From Podarcis filfolensis (Eukaryota), in the NCBI GenBank assembly GCA_964270895.1, contig OZ185444.1: a DNA stretch of 64,000 bases; one strand, 5' to 3'. A program made the position numbers and the translations under genes. Below are positions 1 to 12,285 of this stretch, in pieces. The notes under the pieces were generated by a model. The model did no database searches. It was given only the letters and a program-made list of their open reading frames with translations, and had not been told where the DNA came from. The first letter of the stretch is position 1. The number at the start of each line of letters is the position of its first letter.

Positions 1-211
1 CGTATTCCCTGTCCCGCTACAATAGTACCGAAATTAAGGCTTGCCTGTACAAATCAATGGGGAAGTCTATTAGCTTAGCGTAGCTGAGGAAGAGCAGCGC
101 GTTCACTTAGAAACAAAAAAAAGTAGCAACATTAGGAGTATTATGTTATTTCTGCCTCGGGTTGCTACGCTAGCATCGTTAATTCCTCCCCAAATTTCTA
201 TGAGCAGCTCT

Positions 212-345
212 CACTTCCGCCCTTAGAGAGGGAAAGCAAACAAAAGTTGAGGCCTCGGTAAGCGTTTCAAGTCTAACTCTACGCTGCCCGTCTGAAAAAT
301 GGGTCCAATCTCTAGCGTGCTAATGACGTCAGTCGAGAGGGCGGT
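212..345. promoter_or_regulatory. PHF5A proximal promoter motifs (ETS, CCAAT, CRE, GC box)
   Basis: CACTTCCG (ETS/GABP) 212-219, CCAAT 305-309, perfect CRE TGACGTCA 324-331, GC-box-like GGGCGG ~339-345, in CpG-rich DNA about 270-400 bp upstream of the PHF5A ATG. Confidence 0.65.
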
Positions 346-615
346 ACTCTGCCAGGTCCTGAAAGAGAGAGAGTTGTAAATTGCCGACATTTCCCCTCTT
401 CTAAAAATATTCTAAGGGCTACGAAGAAACACGTTGTTGTTTATTTGCGGGATATTCGAGTGTGGTAACCCGACGCGGTAGCGCGCGAAAGGCAATTAAA
501 AGCCGGTTTGTGTGGAGGTGGGCGAGTGTGTAGGACCTCCGCTTTCCCCGGGACCTGAAGGGGTCAAAGGTGAAAGGCCAGTAACGACAGCGGCGCGAGG
601 CGAAGGGGTTCAGGG

Positions 616-667
616 ATGGCCAAGCACCACCCGGATTTGATCTTCTGCCGCAAGCAGGCGGGCGTAG
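616..667 (+). CDS. PHF5A: PHD finger protein 5A (SF3b7), coding exon 1
   Basis: Encodes MAKHHPDLIFCRKQAGV plus 1 nt, matching the PHF5A N-terminus; donor G|GTGAGC at 668. Confidence 0.98.
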
Positions 668-1514
668 GTGAGCCCCCCCTTCCTTCCCCCTTTCCCTCGG
701 ACCGGGAGCCTCGGGGTGCCTGGGCTGCGCGCGCGGCGGGAGGCGGGCGGAGAGCAGCGGCCGGGAAGGCCCCACCGGTCGGGTCTCCCAGGCGGGAGGC
801 TCGACTGACTTCTGCCCTGGTCCAAACGGCAAAACGCGGCGGCGGCGCCTCACGTCTGAAACGGAATTGCGAACCGGCGCGTGCACTGAGAGCGCTTGGG
901 CCTCACTCGTTGTGCCTCACTCGGAGCCGCCCAATAAAATCGATCGGCGGGAGATTCAGAAATGGACAGGCGAAACCTCATTCCCCGCACTCGCAAGCGG
1001 CAGTGAACTCGGGGGATTCCGTGCCCTCAGATGCAGTGATAGTCGCAGGCTTAGGTGGCTTTAGAAGGAGCTTTAAATCAGCCGAGGTCTAGTCCGTTTA
1101 ACCGCTAGCCGTGGTAGCTGAATTCAGAGCATAAGTTCTGTATAAAGTAGTTGCTCCTTAATGACTCTCCCATCCTCAAGTTGCCAGCTGGCCCCTAGGA
1201 TGGTTTATATTGCATACAAATGCATCTCTGGAGCCCATCACTGTTCGTCTCTCCCCCCCCCCCCGTCAGATATTCCTTAACACAGTGCAGTGTTTGTCTG
1301 CCAACCTTGCAGCTGTCATAAGCAGACCTAGATGGGAAAACAAGTACTGTATATCTGCTGCATCATTGTGGCTTGTAGATGGAAGCACTTAGGTCCTGCT
1401 TTATAATATTAGAACATGATTTGCACACTTAAGTTCTGATCAATCCCTAGCATCTAATTAAAAGGATTTCAGCTAGCTGGGCTGCAAAAGAGGAGATCCT
1501 CTTGCAACCAAATA

Positions 1515-1756
1515 CAGTGGTACCTCGGGTTACATACGCTTCAGGTTACATATGCTTCAGGTTACAGACTCCACTAACCCAGAAATATTACCTCGGGTTA
1601 AGAACTTTGCTTCAGGATGAGAACAGAAATCGTGCTCCGGCGGCGCGGCAGCAGCGGGAGGCCCCATTAGCTAAAGTGGTGCTTCAGGTTAAGAACAGTT
1701 TCAGGTTAAGAGCGGACCTCTGGAACGAATTAAGTACTTAACCCGAGGTACCACTC
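1515..1756. mobile_element. Tc1/mariner-type MITE, copy 1
   Basis: TIR CAGTGGTACCTC...GAGGTACCACT(C), TA flanks; internal sequence shared with five other copies. Confidence 0.9.
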
Positions 1757-2589
1757 TACTTGCTTAAAGTGGAATGAATGTTGTATCAGTTACAACAGTT
1801 TTACATGTTTCCTATATGAGTCACATAGTCCTAGCTAACGTCCTACATTTCTGTCCCCTTCCCTCCTGCTTTTAACTGATATTTTATTAACTGCTTCTTA
1901 GCAGCAAGGATTTTTTATTTTATTTTTAATCATACTTGCTACAAGATTTTCCTACCATATAACTACAGGTATTGGGCCTCCTGTCCTCTTATTTACCTTT
2001 GGAAGTTGTAAGTTTACATGATGCTGCGTCACTCTCGGCCTGTGACGTACATGAGACATAAGGCTTTGCTATTGTATTTTCATCAAAATAGCGCATTCTT
2101 TGCCTTCATTCCCTATGAGTATTACATTCTTACTGTTGTTTTGAAAATGACAAGCTCTAATCTTGGCAAAACACGTTAGGCAGAGTGAGGAAAGATTATT
2201 TTTGCTTTAAGTTTAATCTTGCCAATACAGTATTAACAGTGAAAGCCTAGGGTTGCATTCCTAAACATACGTGCCTGGAAGCAGGTCCCACTGTTTGAAA
2301 CTGAAGGGAAAATATAAAGGCTGCTTCTTAAAATATACTCAGGTACTTTGTGCCATGTGGCCTTGCTGCCACTGCACTGTAGCTACTCACTGATTACAGT
2401 TCATTCAGTTTACCTTTGACTAAGCATGGATAGGATCAGCCCCGAATATCAGTCTGGATAGGATCTTCTTACGGAATATTAAAAGTTAAGTGTTTATTAA
2501 ATGTTTTAGTTAATTGCCTTTAAAACCTATTATTCTCTCATAGTTCACCCATCCCCACCTGAATATGAGGTTAATCCTGAAGAGTAGTA

Positions 2590-2815
2590 CAGTGGTACCT
2601 CGGGTTAAGAACTTCATTCGTTCTGGAGGTCCGTTCTTAACCTGAAACTGTTCTTAACCTGAAGCACCACTTTAGCTAATGGGGCCTCCTGCTGCCGCTG
2701 CGGCACTGCTGCACCATTTCTGTTCTCATCCTGAAGCAAAGTTCTTAACCCGAGGTACTATTTCTGGGTTAGTGGAGTCTGTTACCTGAAGCATCTATAA
2801 TCCGAGGTACCACTG
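2590..2815. mobile_element. Tc1/mariner-type MITE, copy 2 (inverted relative to copy 1)
   Basis: TA|CAGTGGTACCTC...GAGGTACCACTG|TA. Confidence 0.9.
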
Positions 2816-2892
2816 TACAGATTCTAGAAATAATGTGGAACTTTCAGAATTTCCAAATGAATGTTATTCATTTTTCTCCATTTTTATTGCAG

Positions 2893-2916
2893 CTATTGGA
2901 CGACTATGTGAAAAAT
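2893..2916 (+). CDS. PHF5A: PHF5A exon 2 (24-nt microexon)
   Basis: ttgcag|CTATTGGACGACTATGTGAAAAAT|gtgagt encodes (A)IGRLCEK(C); phase 1-1. Confidence 0.97.
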
Positions 2917-3040
2917 GTGAGTATAGCTTTTTACATACTGTGTGTCTTCTGTGATTTGGAGTCCAATATAGTGAATCAGGATTTCTTCCAAGCTGAGTAA
3001 AGTCTGTCTTCTAAAATGCAATTAAACCTATAGGTATAAC

Positions 3041-3172
3041 CAGTGCATTTTTTCTAGAAAAATAGGTGCCAGTACTCACCGTGAAGTTGTTACAGTAAGT
3101 GCCACAATTTTTAACAACAAAATGAGGTGTTGCTAGTGCATACTCTTGAGTACCCCCTGAAAACAAGCACTG
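3041..3172. mobile_element. hAT-like MITE
   Basis: Imperfect TIRs CAGTGCATTTTT / AAACAAGCACTG; degenerate 8-bp flanks ggtataac / agtatgat. Confidence 0.55.
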
Positions 3173-5444
3173 AGTATGATGCCATTTTAAGTTTAAAATT
3201 CTAGCTACACATGTAGTATAATCCTATATTTGCATATTCAGAATTTTCCCACTATGTTCACTGAAACGTACTCCCAGGCAAATTAGTATAGAACTGCAGC
3301 GTGGATGTTCAAGACTTGCCATAGACTTGAGAAACTTCACCTTTTCACCTAAACCTGAAACACTTTCGAATCTAAACCCAAGAGAAGAGAAGGAATATAA
3401 AAATTGGCAACATACCTATATGTTTACTTTAGATAATTTAAAAATAAAGTAGTCATGGTGGATCAATGCTATATAGATTATAAGGGGGGTGAAAAAAGTT
3501 GGTAAGAGAAGAAAGGAAAGGTTTGAAAAATGTATCAAAACATGGCAGCCATTCCCTCCAATCCCCTTTTAACTTCATGCTTCCTAAGACCTTTGCAGTG
3601 TTAAGCAGGGATGTCTGTGTTGCTCCAGTACTACGGTAGCTACATTTTCCTCAAACTTAGAATGTCTGAAGAGACTATGGGCTGTTTCAGATGTAACGTT
3701 AAACCATAGTTTGGCACTGGCAACTTAAGACTTCACGGAAGCAGACCAGGAAAGCAAGGCACCTGTGAAAAGAAGGAAGGTGTGCACCAGCCACATCATG
3801 CTTTGGACTTTTGTCCAATCCAGCCCACAGAAAACACTCTTAGCATTCCTGATATGCTGCAGCTGTCTTTACTGGCATTTTAAGACGTAACAGTCACACA
3901 TGCATTAGCATGTGTGCTAATCAGGGGCAGTGAAATTCAGGCTCAGGGGCCAAATTCCAGGCCTTTCTGCCTGGCCCCTGGAATTCTCCCCAGTACACAC
4001 CTCACTGACCATGCTTCACACCCCAGGAGCTCTTGCCTGGCTGGAATGTGTCCTTGAACTCTGATAATTCCTCTTGTAGTCATGGATGGAGGATAGAGAG
4101 GGTTGATTGAGTGTGCTAACTAAGCTATTTTACAAAGCTATTTTACAAAGGTAAAATTTAAATTTGGTGCCATGCCCACTTTTGCCCCACCTCACCCCAC
4201 CCACCATTGGCATGTAGCCCCAGGAAGGCTGCCCAGAAAAGAATGCAGCCCTTGTGTTGAAAAAAGACACACATCCCTGCACTCCGGAGTCTCCAAAGCA
4301 CTATTGCAGCTGTTCCTCTGGTCCTTAAAAAGCACAGGTACCTGTAAAGTGAAAGCAAAACTTCAGGCCACATAATGACCAGGCTGTCCATTTTGAGGTG
4401 AAACTAGGCAGAAGTAAAGGATGTCAGAAAGAATAAAAGGATGTCAGAAAGGATGAAGTTATGGGCAGATTATGGCTTTTCTTAATATCGCTATTGGGGT
4501 AACATATGCTGTCTCTCCTGGTCATATAAAGGACAGGATAACAGCACAAGCTATTGCAGACAGGAAAGAGATGCTTTTTCAGCCCAGCGATGCAGAGTAA
4601 GAGAGTAGAAGTTACTGCACTTGGGTGCTTCCCAGGGCTACTTGCCACACAAATGAAATGGCTCCCTACTCCTGCCCCATCCTCGAAACTAGAAATACAG
4701 CAGGACTGGGGGGAAACTATGAGATGGTCTATTGTAGTTGTCACCCAGGAGATTATCGGCATTCTTAAAAATAATTTGTTCACCTTCCAAAAGAAAGAGC
4801 AAGTTAAACAAGTCCTTAGTCAGAATAAAGATTAGATAGACGAGGGTAATGGGATATGAAGCTCTTCGTCTTTAGGTCATTTGCTTGGATATGGTCCAGG
4901 CTGGCAGTGCTTGTCATTGCCATCTGTTGGCTATTTACTTACTTGCTAACTTTGGTTCCATACCTCAAGAGCTATCTACAGCAATAATGGCTTCAATTAT
5001 GTATGTGTGCACTTGCCCGTTCAGCCTTTCCTAAAGCCAAATTACGAAAAGAAGATCACTGAATATACCTTTCAAGTGTAGAAGATTGCATTGGCATTAT
5101 ATGATTGATGTATCTGTGATGCTGCATTCTGTGTTCATCCCTGCACAGAGATGCTGATTTGGTGTTACATATGATTAAAAAATTCAAAAAATGTGGCAGA
5201 CTGGTTTATGGCGAAGTTCAATCAAATGCCAATTGCTTTGGGCTTTTATCTGTAAACAACTCAAGCCATTGTATTTGGGGTGTGGCAACTCCACCTTAAT
5301 CACATCTGCCTGGAAGCAAACCCAGTTAACGCCTTGCTTTTGTAGCATGTTCTGTGGGTAATCTAATAGGCTGTGTATATTCTTTCTGTGAGTGGCTTGT
5401 CTGCATCTTTTCTTTCAGTTGAAATACGTGTATTTATTTTGCAG

Positions 5445-5611
5445 GTGATGGCAAGTGTGTTATTTGTGACTCTTATGTGCGGCCCTGCACACTGGTGCGC
5501 ATATGTGATGAGTGCAACTATGGGTCTTATCAAGGGCGCTGTGTGATATGTGGAGGTCCTGGTGTCTCTGATGCATACTACTGTAAAGAATGCACCATCC
5601 AGGAGAAAGAT
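5445..5611 (+). CDS. PHF5A: PHF5A exon 3
   Basis: ttttgcag| then (C)[55 protein letters not shown] |gtaaga; 167 nt. Confidence 0.98.
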
Positions 5612-6074
5612 GTAAGATTGTTACAGGGGTTTGCATTTTTCTGCTCTCTAAGTTGCAATTGTTTGTTCTTAAATATTATCGTTGGCCTATGTGTTGGGAA
5701 ACATCTGAAGCCTGGGATGTTTATATTCTAATATCTATATGCTCTCATGTCCAGTACCTTCAATAAAGGCCTATTCATACTTGTCTCTTTCGAAAGCGCC
5801 CTAAAACGAACATAATTTATGGCTGAACACCAGTAGACAGATTTCATGCATGCCTTAGATTACAAGAGATCAAGGACAGGGGTTTAAAAAATAAAAATCA
5901 GCATTGGCAGTTGAACCTTTTACATAAAATTATAGTATCAACTACCAGCTGTTGTAGTGTAGTAATATTCTAAACAGCAATCTGGGTTAGCAGTCTTGGG
6001 GTGGGGTGGTTTGTAAGTAGCAATGGTATCAGATTTTCTCCCCAGTGACACAGTCCAACAAATTCCTTTGTAAT

Positions 6075-6140
6075 GCCACTTGTTGAGATTCCTCTGTTGC
6101 AGGAGGTTAGACTAGATGACCCTCAGGGTCCCTTCTATGA
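6075..6140 (+). mobile_element. CR1-type 3' tail fragment
   Basis: gagattcct..gcaggaggttagactagatgacctcagggtcccttctatga, the typical CR1 3' end. Confidence 0.6.
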
Positions 6141-8797
6141 ATTTGGGACACCTTATATTTTTGTGTGAGGATGGGTATTACAGTGTTGCAACAGTAGAGC
6201 TGGTGTTCTTCTGTACCAGAAACCCTTACAGTAAGAGCAGATTCAGACTGTTTTAACAATGAATGAGTACAGGAAAAAATGCCTTGACTCTAAAGTGGCC
6301 TTGTGAAAAATAGGTCAGGGCTCATGCATCTTTAATAGTTGTAGAGAAGAGGGAAGGTACATCTGTTAAAGGTGCAGGAGCTCCTGTGCTCTCTTTTTTC
6401 ACCTCGCTGCTCTAATTGTACCACAGAAATGCAATTATCTATAAAGTGAAATGCACCTGTTTTGCTGGTTACTACACAGGGACAATAGAAGTGACCTTGT
6501 TCCTACCCAGCCATCTCGCATTTGAGTTGAAAAATAAGCAGAAGTAGAGAGCATGGCTCTTGAAAATGGAGTAGCTGACAATTAGCTTCATTCTCTCTGA
6601 TACTAACTGTGTAGGAAGAGCTTGGGAGGAGGAGGTTTTTAAAAAGGACAGGCTTTTTGAATTTGCATATACATTACTTGATGATTTGCAGTTGAATGTG
6701 TATTGACTACCTCCATTTAAAAGTACTGTTTGAGATGCTGTGACATTAGAGCCATCTATGGTGTGATAGATGCTTTATGAGTAAATTGACATTGGATTCC
6801 ACAGTTGAGTGCATGTTGAATGTGTGCATAAACTCGTCTCAGCTGTAGACAGAAAAGAAGGCACTAGGGCTGCTAGACAGTATGAAGAAAATGGGTCAGT
6901 AACAATGGGTTCTTTTAGCATAAAGTACTGCTGCACCCAGGTTAAGATGGAATTCTATGAAGAGGATCCTCTCCAAATCAGACAGATGCTGAAATGGCGA
7001 GGCCATGAAGTGCAGTTGGAACTGGTTTTAAAGCTATTTCTATACTTGTGGGAAGTTTGTCAGGGTAGGGTAGCCAGGTGAAAAAGAGGCCAGGGCTCCT
7101 TCACCTTTAACAGTTGTGTGGGCGCCCTATCTGCTTTTGCATCTGATCACACCGTAGTGAAAGTGCCCCTCCAGAAAACGTAGCATAGGGCACGCACAAA
7201 ATGTGTCTCTTCAGACTGGGGAGGTATTTATTGATTTCCTGTGTCAAAGTGTAAACTAAGGAAAATATTGCATCTGCTGAGAGGGTAGGTTGGTGAACAG
7301 AATCCAGTACTCTGCAAAAAGTTCACAGATCTATCAGCTTAAATGTAACTGAAAATTATCTGTAAGGTGGGTTCCTCCAGCTGTAACTGTACCACGCTCT
7401 GTTTCTTCATCCCTTCACAGCAGCTATTGGAACAATAGGCAGTCCCTGCCTACCCTGAATCCAAACTACCCTGGCATATTCAACAGCAAATGATCTTCTA
7501 CCTGCCTAACCCTGTAGCTGCCATGCCAGTAGTGTTAGAAACTGAGATATGGAAGATAGGAGCCAAATGGCACCTTAAACCTATGTTATGGGTGCAGCAA
7601 CAGAATGTCTAGGTGCGCTCTTTTTGTAACAAGCATACAAAGCTGAAAATGAATGAACTGCAGCTAAAATATTATGTTCATTTTTCACGTGCTCCAGTCC
7701 TTCCCCTGCCTATCCTCCTAATATTTTTCAGAGGGTCTCTTCTCCAGCCTTCAGAGACTAGCTGGAAGTGGGGAGGCAGAAAAGGGTCCTCCTTTCCTTC
7801 CACTCTGCAGTTTTTAATCTGAACTCTTAGGCACAGTACTGCGCCCGGAGCTCAGAAACTGCTCGTGCTAATGAAATTCCCTGTCACAAAGGGAGTTTCG
7901 AACACTGCATGCCAGTAGCAGTCTGTAAGGTGCCACAGAAATGAGAAAGAATGCAAAATGGAGAAGCTTCTCAAAAGTGCCAACTGAGATTCATTACAGC
8001 TCAGTGCATTTCAGAACATCAATTCTTTCTTCAGGAACTACCATAAGCCATCAAATTCTGTAAGTCGAACAGCGGCATGCTATTTGACTCCTTGAGGAGC
8101 TCACATATTGGCTTTCTGTTGCTTTTTCATTTTCTAGCTCTTATGGTGGTTTAGATAAATCTGAAAATATGCTGATGTGTCCGCAGAAACCTGAAGCAAA
8201 GTTTTTGAGTTGGGCTTGCAAAGTGCTTAATCTTCTTGCCCTGTACAGCTCTTAATATTTCTCACTGTCCATGCCTGCTTTCTTTGGGTAGCCATGTCAT
8301 ACTCAGAGTAGACCCATTAAATCAATGGACTTTCAGTAAGTCAGCCATCACTAACTTAAATATGTTGATTTTCATGGGTCTACAGAGTATGACTTTGATC
8401 TTTTAATTCCTCTGTCTTTGCAAAAACACTCCAAATTCCGCAAAGCCCCAAACACCAAGGCCAGATTAAATAAAGGAACTTTGTGCAACTTATTCTGGAT
8501 GTAGAATTCATACGCCCCTGGTAGAGAAAATTGAATTGCAGCACTATCCTAAAATAGTGTACTCAGAAATAATTAAGAATATGTAGAATTGCAGCCTTTG
8601 TGGCAGAATCACTGTTGGACTTCAAATGGAAGGTTGGCATAACTATCTGTAGCCAGTACGTGTATCAGAATCAGGTCTAGTGTTGAGTGATTATTAATTT
8701 TTTCTTGCACACCTATCTGAGCTGTGAAGTAACTTGTATGATACATTTATTAGCATTACCCTTGTTCTAACCATATCCCTTTTCTGTTCCTTTTCAG

Positions 8798-8887
8798 CGA
8801 GATGGCTGTCCCAAGATTGTCAATCTGGGCAGCTCAAAAACAGATCTCTTCTATGAGCGAAAGAAGTATGGCTTTAAGAAAAGGTGA
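8798..8887 (+). CDS. PHF5A: PHF5A exon 4 (coding part)
   Basis: ttttcag| then [32 protein letters not shown]. Joined CDS is 52+24+167+90 = 333 nt = 110 aa. Confidence 0.98.
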
Positions 8888-9274
8888 TCCCATCTCCACC
8901 ATGGTACATTTGCTGGAGACTGCAAGGATTCTTTTTTTTAAAAAGGACTGCCATCTTACTGGAAAGCAGCTCATTTGTTCTTAGTACTTAAAATTTGTTG
9001 CAGAAACTAGTATGTAAAACTCAATTTGGAGGTTGCTGTCTTCCCTGCCATTCCTCAGTGGTCCCTAATGTTACCAAGGGAGTTGAGCATTTTTATTGCA
9101 TCTGTGTCTCAGAGGAAGGAGATTTACATTTCAGCCCCTGTGACTTCCAATCTACCCCTTTATAGATAAGCAACCTAAATTTCTGTTGACTGAATCCTTT
9201 CACTTAGTGTTATGATTGTGCCTATATTTTCTCTGACGTAAGCCAAGCCACAGCATCTTTGTGAATTATGCATC

Positions 9275-9280
9275 AATAAA
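9275..9280 (+). terminator. Likely proximal PHF5A polyadenylation signal
   Basis: AATAAA about 390 nt after the stop, followed by T-rich sequence. Confidence 0.6.
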
Positions 9281-10073
9281 GTTTTATAGTAGTCTTCTAA
9301 AGGAGGGTCCTGTCTCTAAATCTCTCCATGTTGTTCTTTCTGGGCTCCTGTTGTTAGATATGTATAAAATGATATCCTCCAACAGTGGCAAGTTTGAAGT
9401 CCACAGCACTGAAAGGTTTTAAAGAACAGCAGTTCATATTGTCTTAGCATGTGTCTTGCATCAGTGTGAAATGCTTATGCTGTAAAACCACCATTCTTGC
9501 CTACTGTTGAAAAAGTCTAGTTGCCATTTGAGATTTACCCAGTTTTGTTCTAGTGCAATTATCCACACAGAACTAGTTCAGCAGCAGGAAAATGACATCC
9601 TACTGCTGCTACAGACAAAGACCCATGAGAAGCAGACTATAAAAAGATGGGTGTTGCCCTGCCCAGATTATTCTTCCATCCCATAAATGGCATTGTTATG
9701 AGCTGTGATTACCAGATTCCAAATCACAGCCAGACATTGTGCACAAGTTGTCGTCTCTGAAGGGAAATAGTTGGTGTGGTAAAAGGTGTGGTAATAAACG
9801 TGTACTTCTAAGCACCAAGGTGCCTCTACATAGTAGAAAGCTACTCTCCACAGAACAGGTTCAGCAAGAGAAGCAGCAAGCTTTCTACATACTCGCAACC
9901 CTGGACCTCAGCCTTTGCTTCCAGGGTTTCTGAAAACAGGTCACTCTTAACTGACCTTATTCAATTCCATAGTCCACTGTGCCTGTTAGGCAAAGCATAT
10001 TAACACACCACTACAGCATAGCCATGAATAACATTGTTTCTCAAATGCTATAACTAGAACAGGTCTCGATATA

Positions 10074-10190
10074 CAGTGGTACCTCAGGTTACATACACTT
10101 CAGGTTAAGAACTTTGCTTCAGGATGAGAACAGAAATCGTGCTCCAGCGGCCTCCAGAACAAATTAAGTACTTAACCCGAGGTACCACTG
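10074..10190. mobile_element. Tc1/mariner-type MITE, copy 3 (internally deleted, 117 bp)
   Basis: Same TIRs and TA flanks; shorter core. Confidence 0.9.
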
Positions 10191-10466
10191 TACTCTGTAC
10201 TAGCTCCAAAAGCTTACTTTTGGAATTTTGTTTTTCATAGCTGGTTTTGTAATATTTCTTGCCTTTCCTATTTTTTTAATGCAGGTGAAGCTTTTTCTTC
10301 TTCCTTTTACAAAAAATGGTAATGGCTCTAGAGGGTGTTACTGAGCTAGTGCTGGGGACCAATAAGATATATTACCTTTGGGGAGCAATTGGATGGGAGG
10401 ATGGGCCCAGAATAGAAAGACTCAAGACGCAAAATATTGTAAATCTATCCAGTCATGTAGCCACCA

Positions 10467-10619
10467 GTGCCACAATGGGGCAGTGTGTCTGGGTGTTAAC
10501 CAGAAGGTTGGTGGTTTGAGCCCCCCAGGGACGGCTGTGGGCAGGATTCCTGCATCGCAGGGGCTGACTAGATGACTCTTGAAGTCCCTTCCGACTCTAC
10601 AATTCTATGCTTCTATGAT
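10467..10619 (+). mobile_element. SINE-like element with CR1-type tail
   Basis: Degenerate tRNA-like head (ggtttgagccc, B-box-like) plus gactagatgactcttgaagtcccttccgactctacaattctatgcttctatgat tail. Confidence 0.65.
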
Positions 10620-11014
10620 AAATTAATTCTCAAAATGAAGACTCTGTACTCTAGATTGGTAGTGCTTGCAACCCCAGTTTGGCACGGCCATGTCTTCATC
10701 TGTCCTACATCAGACATCATATCAGGTATAAAGCAGGTAGGCATGGCTTAGCCCAAATAACCTAATGGGCCAAATGGAGAGGACTGGTGGGCCATAGGTT
10801 CCCCACATTGGGTATATGATGTGGAATGGTTGAAAATGGCAAGAAAAAGAAGATGATGTGAAAAAGCATGAAAAGTGTTCAGAATATGACTTGTGACACG
10901 ATTTGTGGATCTTGTCTTGGTCTACTCTATGTTATAGACTAAAATATTTGATAAAAAGAGAAGTGACATTCCTTTTAATGTGAGCTACTGTCTTGTTTAA
11001 TGTGAGCTACTATC

Positions 11015-11293
11015 TTGAATCCCCGCGACGGGGTGAGCTTCCATTGCTTGGTCCCTGCTCCTGCCAGCCTAGCAGTTCAAAAGCATATCAAAGAGCAAGT
11101 AGATAAATAGGAACTGCTCTGGTGGGAAGGTAAACGGCATTTCCGTGCGCTGCTCTGGTGCGCCAGAAGCGGCTTAGTCATGCTGGCCACATGAGCTGTA
11201 TGCCGGCTCCCTCGGCCAATAAAGTGAGATGAGCACTGCAACCCCAGAGTCGTCTGTGACTGGACCTAATGGTCAGGGGTCCCTTTACCTTTA
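11015..11293 (+). mobile_element. Sauria-type SINE, 5'-truncated
   Basis: Collinear with the full-length copy at 34403-34755 (opposite strand); ends in an ACCTTT-type tail; flanked by ctgtcttgt(t)taatg duplication. Confidence 0.85.
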
Positions 11294-12279
11294 CTGTCTT
11301 GTTAATGAGGAGTTTTGCTTCTACTTGACACAGATATCTTAAATTTGATGTCTTTGTGTAATGTAGCCTTTCTCAAACTTGTTGGACTACGACTCCCATC
11401 ATCCCTGACCACTGGTCCTGGTATCAACAACATCTGGGGACCCAGGTTTGAGAGACTGGTTTAATGCCTAAGAGTCCAACAAAAGTGACAATGTAAAGCA
11501 GGCTGCTCAGATAAGAAATTTATTCTGATTTCTTTGCAACTTTTTGTTATGAGACTAAACATCTTATCACCAAGCTGGATGAATTCCACTAGCCGCATGT
11601 GGCAGCCTCTAGGGGCTCAATAAACTTGATTTTACTTCCTTCCTGGACCTGCAAAATTGGAATGGGGGAGTGCTTGGCATGCCACAATAATGTGGCTGGT
11701 GGGCTATTTTCAACTTGAAAATTACAAATTATACAGGCCTGCATTAGTAAATCTCCAGGGAAACCAATGTTACCAAGATACAGTGTGCACTACTTTTAGC
11801 GACCTTGGCACTCAAAAGCTTGTACCACTTGATGTGTAGTCACTAATGGCATAGGCTCCTTATCCTTCAGTTACAAAATTTAAAGAGTGCTTTTAAAAGA
11901 TTTAAAAACCAATGCAGCCTCTACGGAGAATAGCTTCTCCAAACCTGCATTTACCAATCCTAAATCCAGTCACTGTATTTCAGCCTGGCTTTTCCTCTGA
12001 AAATGGAGCCCAAAGCCTGCCTTGTGAGATTATTGTATAGAAAGAATGAAGCAAAGATTTATGGTATGGATGCTGTACTCATGTTGGTCCTACAATAATA
12101 CAATTTGTAAAAAAAAAAACCATACACACAAAACTTGCATGAAGGTCTGTGTAAATTGTGCTCTTTGGTGTTGAGAATATATTATGTACCTTTCAACTAG
12201 CCCTGCTTAAAATGCATTGTTATGTTCATATATATGCCTTTGTGTCCCATTAGATGCACGGCTGGCCAAGTTCTATGAA

Positions 12280-12285
12280 AATAAA
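12280..12285 (+). terminator. Candidate distal polyadenylation signal (PHF5A)
   Basis: AATAAA followed by ..CA and a GT-rich tract (atgttttgtct), ending a 3'UTR-like AT-rich block. Confidence 0.35.

Larger units (their letters stand above)
200..1100. promoter_or_regulatory. CpG island over PHF5A 5' end
   Basis: Visibly GC- and CpG-dense compared with the AT-rich intron after ~1100; spans exon 1. Confidence 0.75.

Noticed and set aside
419-886. 155-aa minus-strand ORF and neighbours, considered as ACO2 exon 1
   Set aside because: Pro/Arg-rich CpG-island translation with no resemblance to the ACO2 transit peptide.
616-1092. 158-aa ORF starting at the PHF5A ATG
   Set aside because: Only the first 17 codons are exon 1; the rest is read-through into GC-rich intron 1.
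1502-1741. 79-aa ORF
   Set aside because: Lies entirely within a non-autonomous MITE; no transposase motifs.
5090-5340. Possible C/D snoRNA or poison exon in PHF5A intron 2
   Set aside because: No clean RTGATGA/CTGA pair with a terminal stem, and no convincing donor after the cacag acceptor.
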